From the NCBI GenBank assembly GCA_003345555.1, contig PRDJ01000074.1:1-5736 (forward strand): a stretch of DNA of 5,736 nt, in the 5' to 3' direction. The stretch is from Candidatus Thorarchaeota archaeon. GTDB taxonomy: Archaea; Asgardarchaeota; Thorarchaeia; Thorarchaeales; Thorarchaeaceae. Below the pieces are notes generated by a model. That model did not search any database. It saw nothing but the letters and a program-made list of their open reading frames with translations, and was not told the origin of the DNA. The position numbers and the translations under genes were made by a program. Positions 5,521-5,736 of the stretch are shown here, one piece after another (the first letter of the stretch is position 1; the number at the start of each line of letters is the position of its first letter).

Positions 5521-5736
5521 CTACCCTGCATCCCGGGCGAACCCCTTCGTCCGCCTGCGCTCCTCAGGGAGCTGCCTAAACAGTTGGATGTGCGGTATGA
5601 GAGCCGTAATTAGCTTGTTCTCGGCCTTCTTCAGATGCTCTAGGAAGGTGGTCCTCCCCATCTTCTGCCTGGAGGCGATGGTCTGCAGGTCGGCCCCTCT
5701 CGGGTACCGAAAATAGCCCTGTGCATACGCGATAAG
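5521..5736 (-). CDS. 3' end of a bacterio-opsin-activator-type HTH_10 transcriptional regulator (5' end outside the window; not in ORF track)
   Basis: The minus strand from 5736 reads LIAYAQGYFRYPRGADLQTIASRQKMGRTTFLEHLKKAENKLITALIPHIQLFRQLPEERRRTKGFARDAG*, with the stop at 5523-5521. AY..GYF..PR...L..iA......T..EHL.KAE.KL is the HTH_10 signature. Confidence 0.9.
   Translation of the reverse strand, partial: LIAYAQGYFRYPRGADLQTIASRQKMGRTTFLEHLKKAENKLITALIPHIQLFRQLPEERRRTKGFARDAG

Noticed and set aside
1-5736. CRISPR array, IS element, integrase or rRNA
   Set aside because: No regularly spaced repeats, transposase or recombinase motifs, terminal inverted repeats or rRNA-like sequence were seen.

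Overview
A gene-dense window that looks archaeal: it has an HTH_10 regulator, an archaeal-type membrane-bound wHTH and TATA-like boxes. The lineage cannot be fixed from sequence alone; Asgard/Thorarchaeia or Bathyarchaeia is a guess. Left to right: (1) 5'-truncated AlkZ/YcaQ-like (HTH_42) DNA glycosylase-family gene; (2) convergent ATC_hydrolase-family gene; (3) a ~1.5 kb patch of apparently decayed genes, namely a LURP-one/scramblase-like C-terminal remnant, a frameshifted membrane-anchored OB-fold-like gene absent from the ORF track, a probably N-terminally shortened ICMT/Ste14-family methyltransferase and a short signal-peptide-like ORF; (4) an intact co-oriented pair of a membrane-tethered winged-helix regulator and a 403-aa surface protein with three PepSY/YcdB-like repeats; (5) the 3' end of a Bat-type HTH_10 regulator on the minus strand, also absent from the ORF track. 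The pair in (4) is the best candidate for an undescribed system, a possible archaeal transmembrane signalling module. I saw no rRNA, tRNA, CRISPR array or transposase. All family calls are by motif recognition, not database search.
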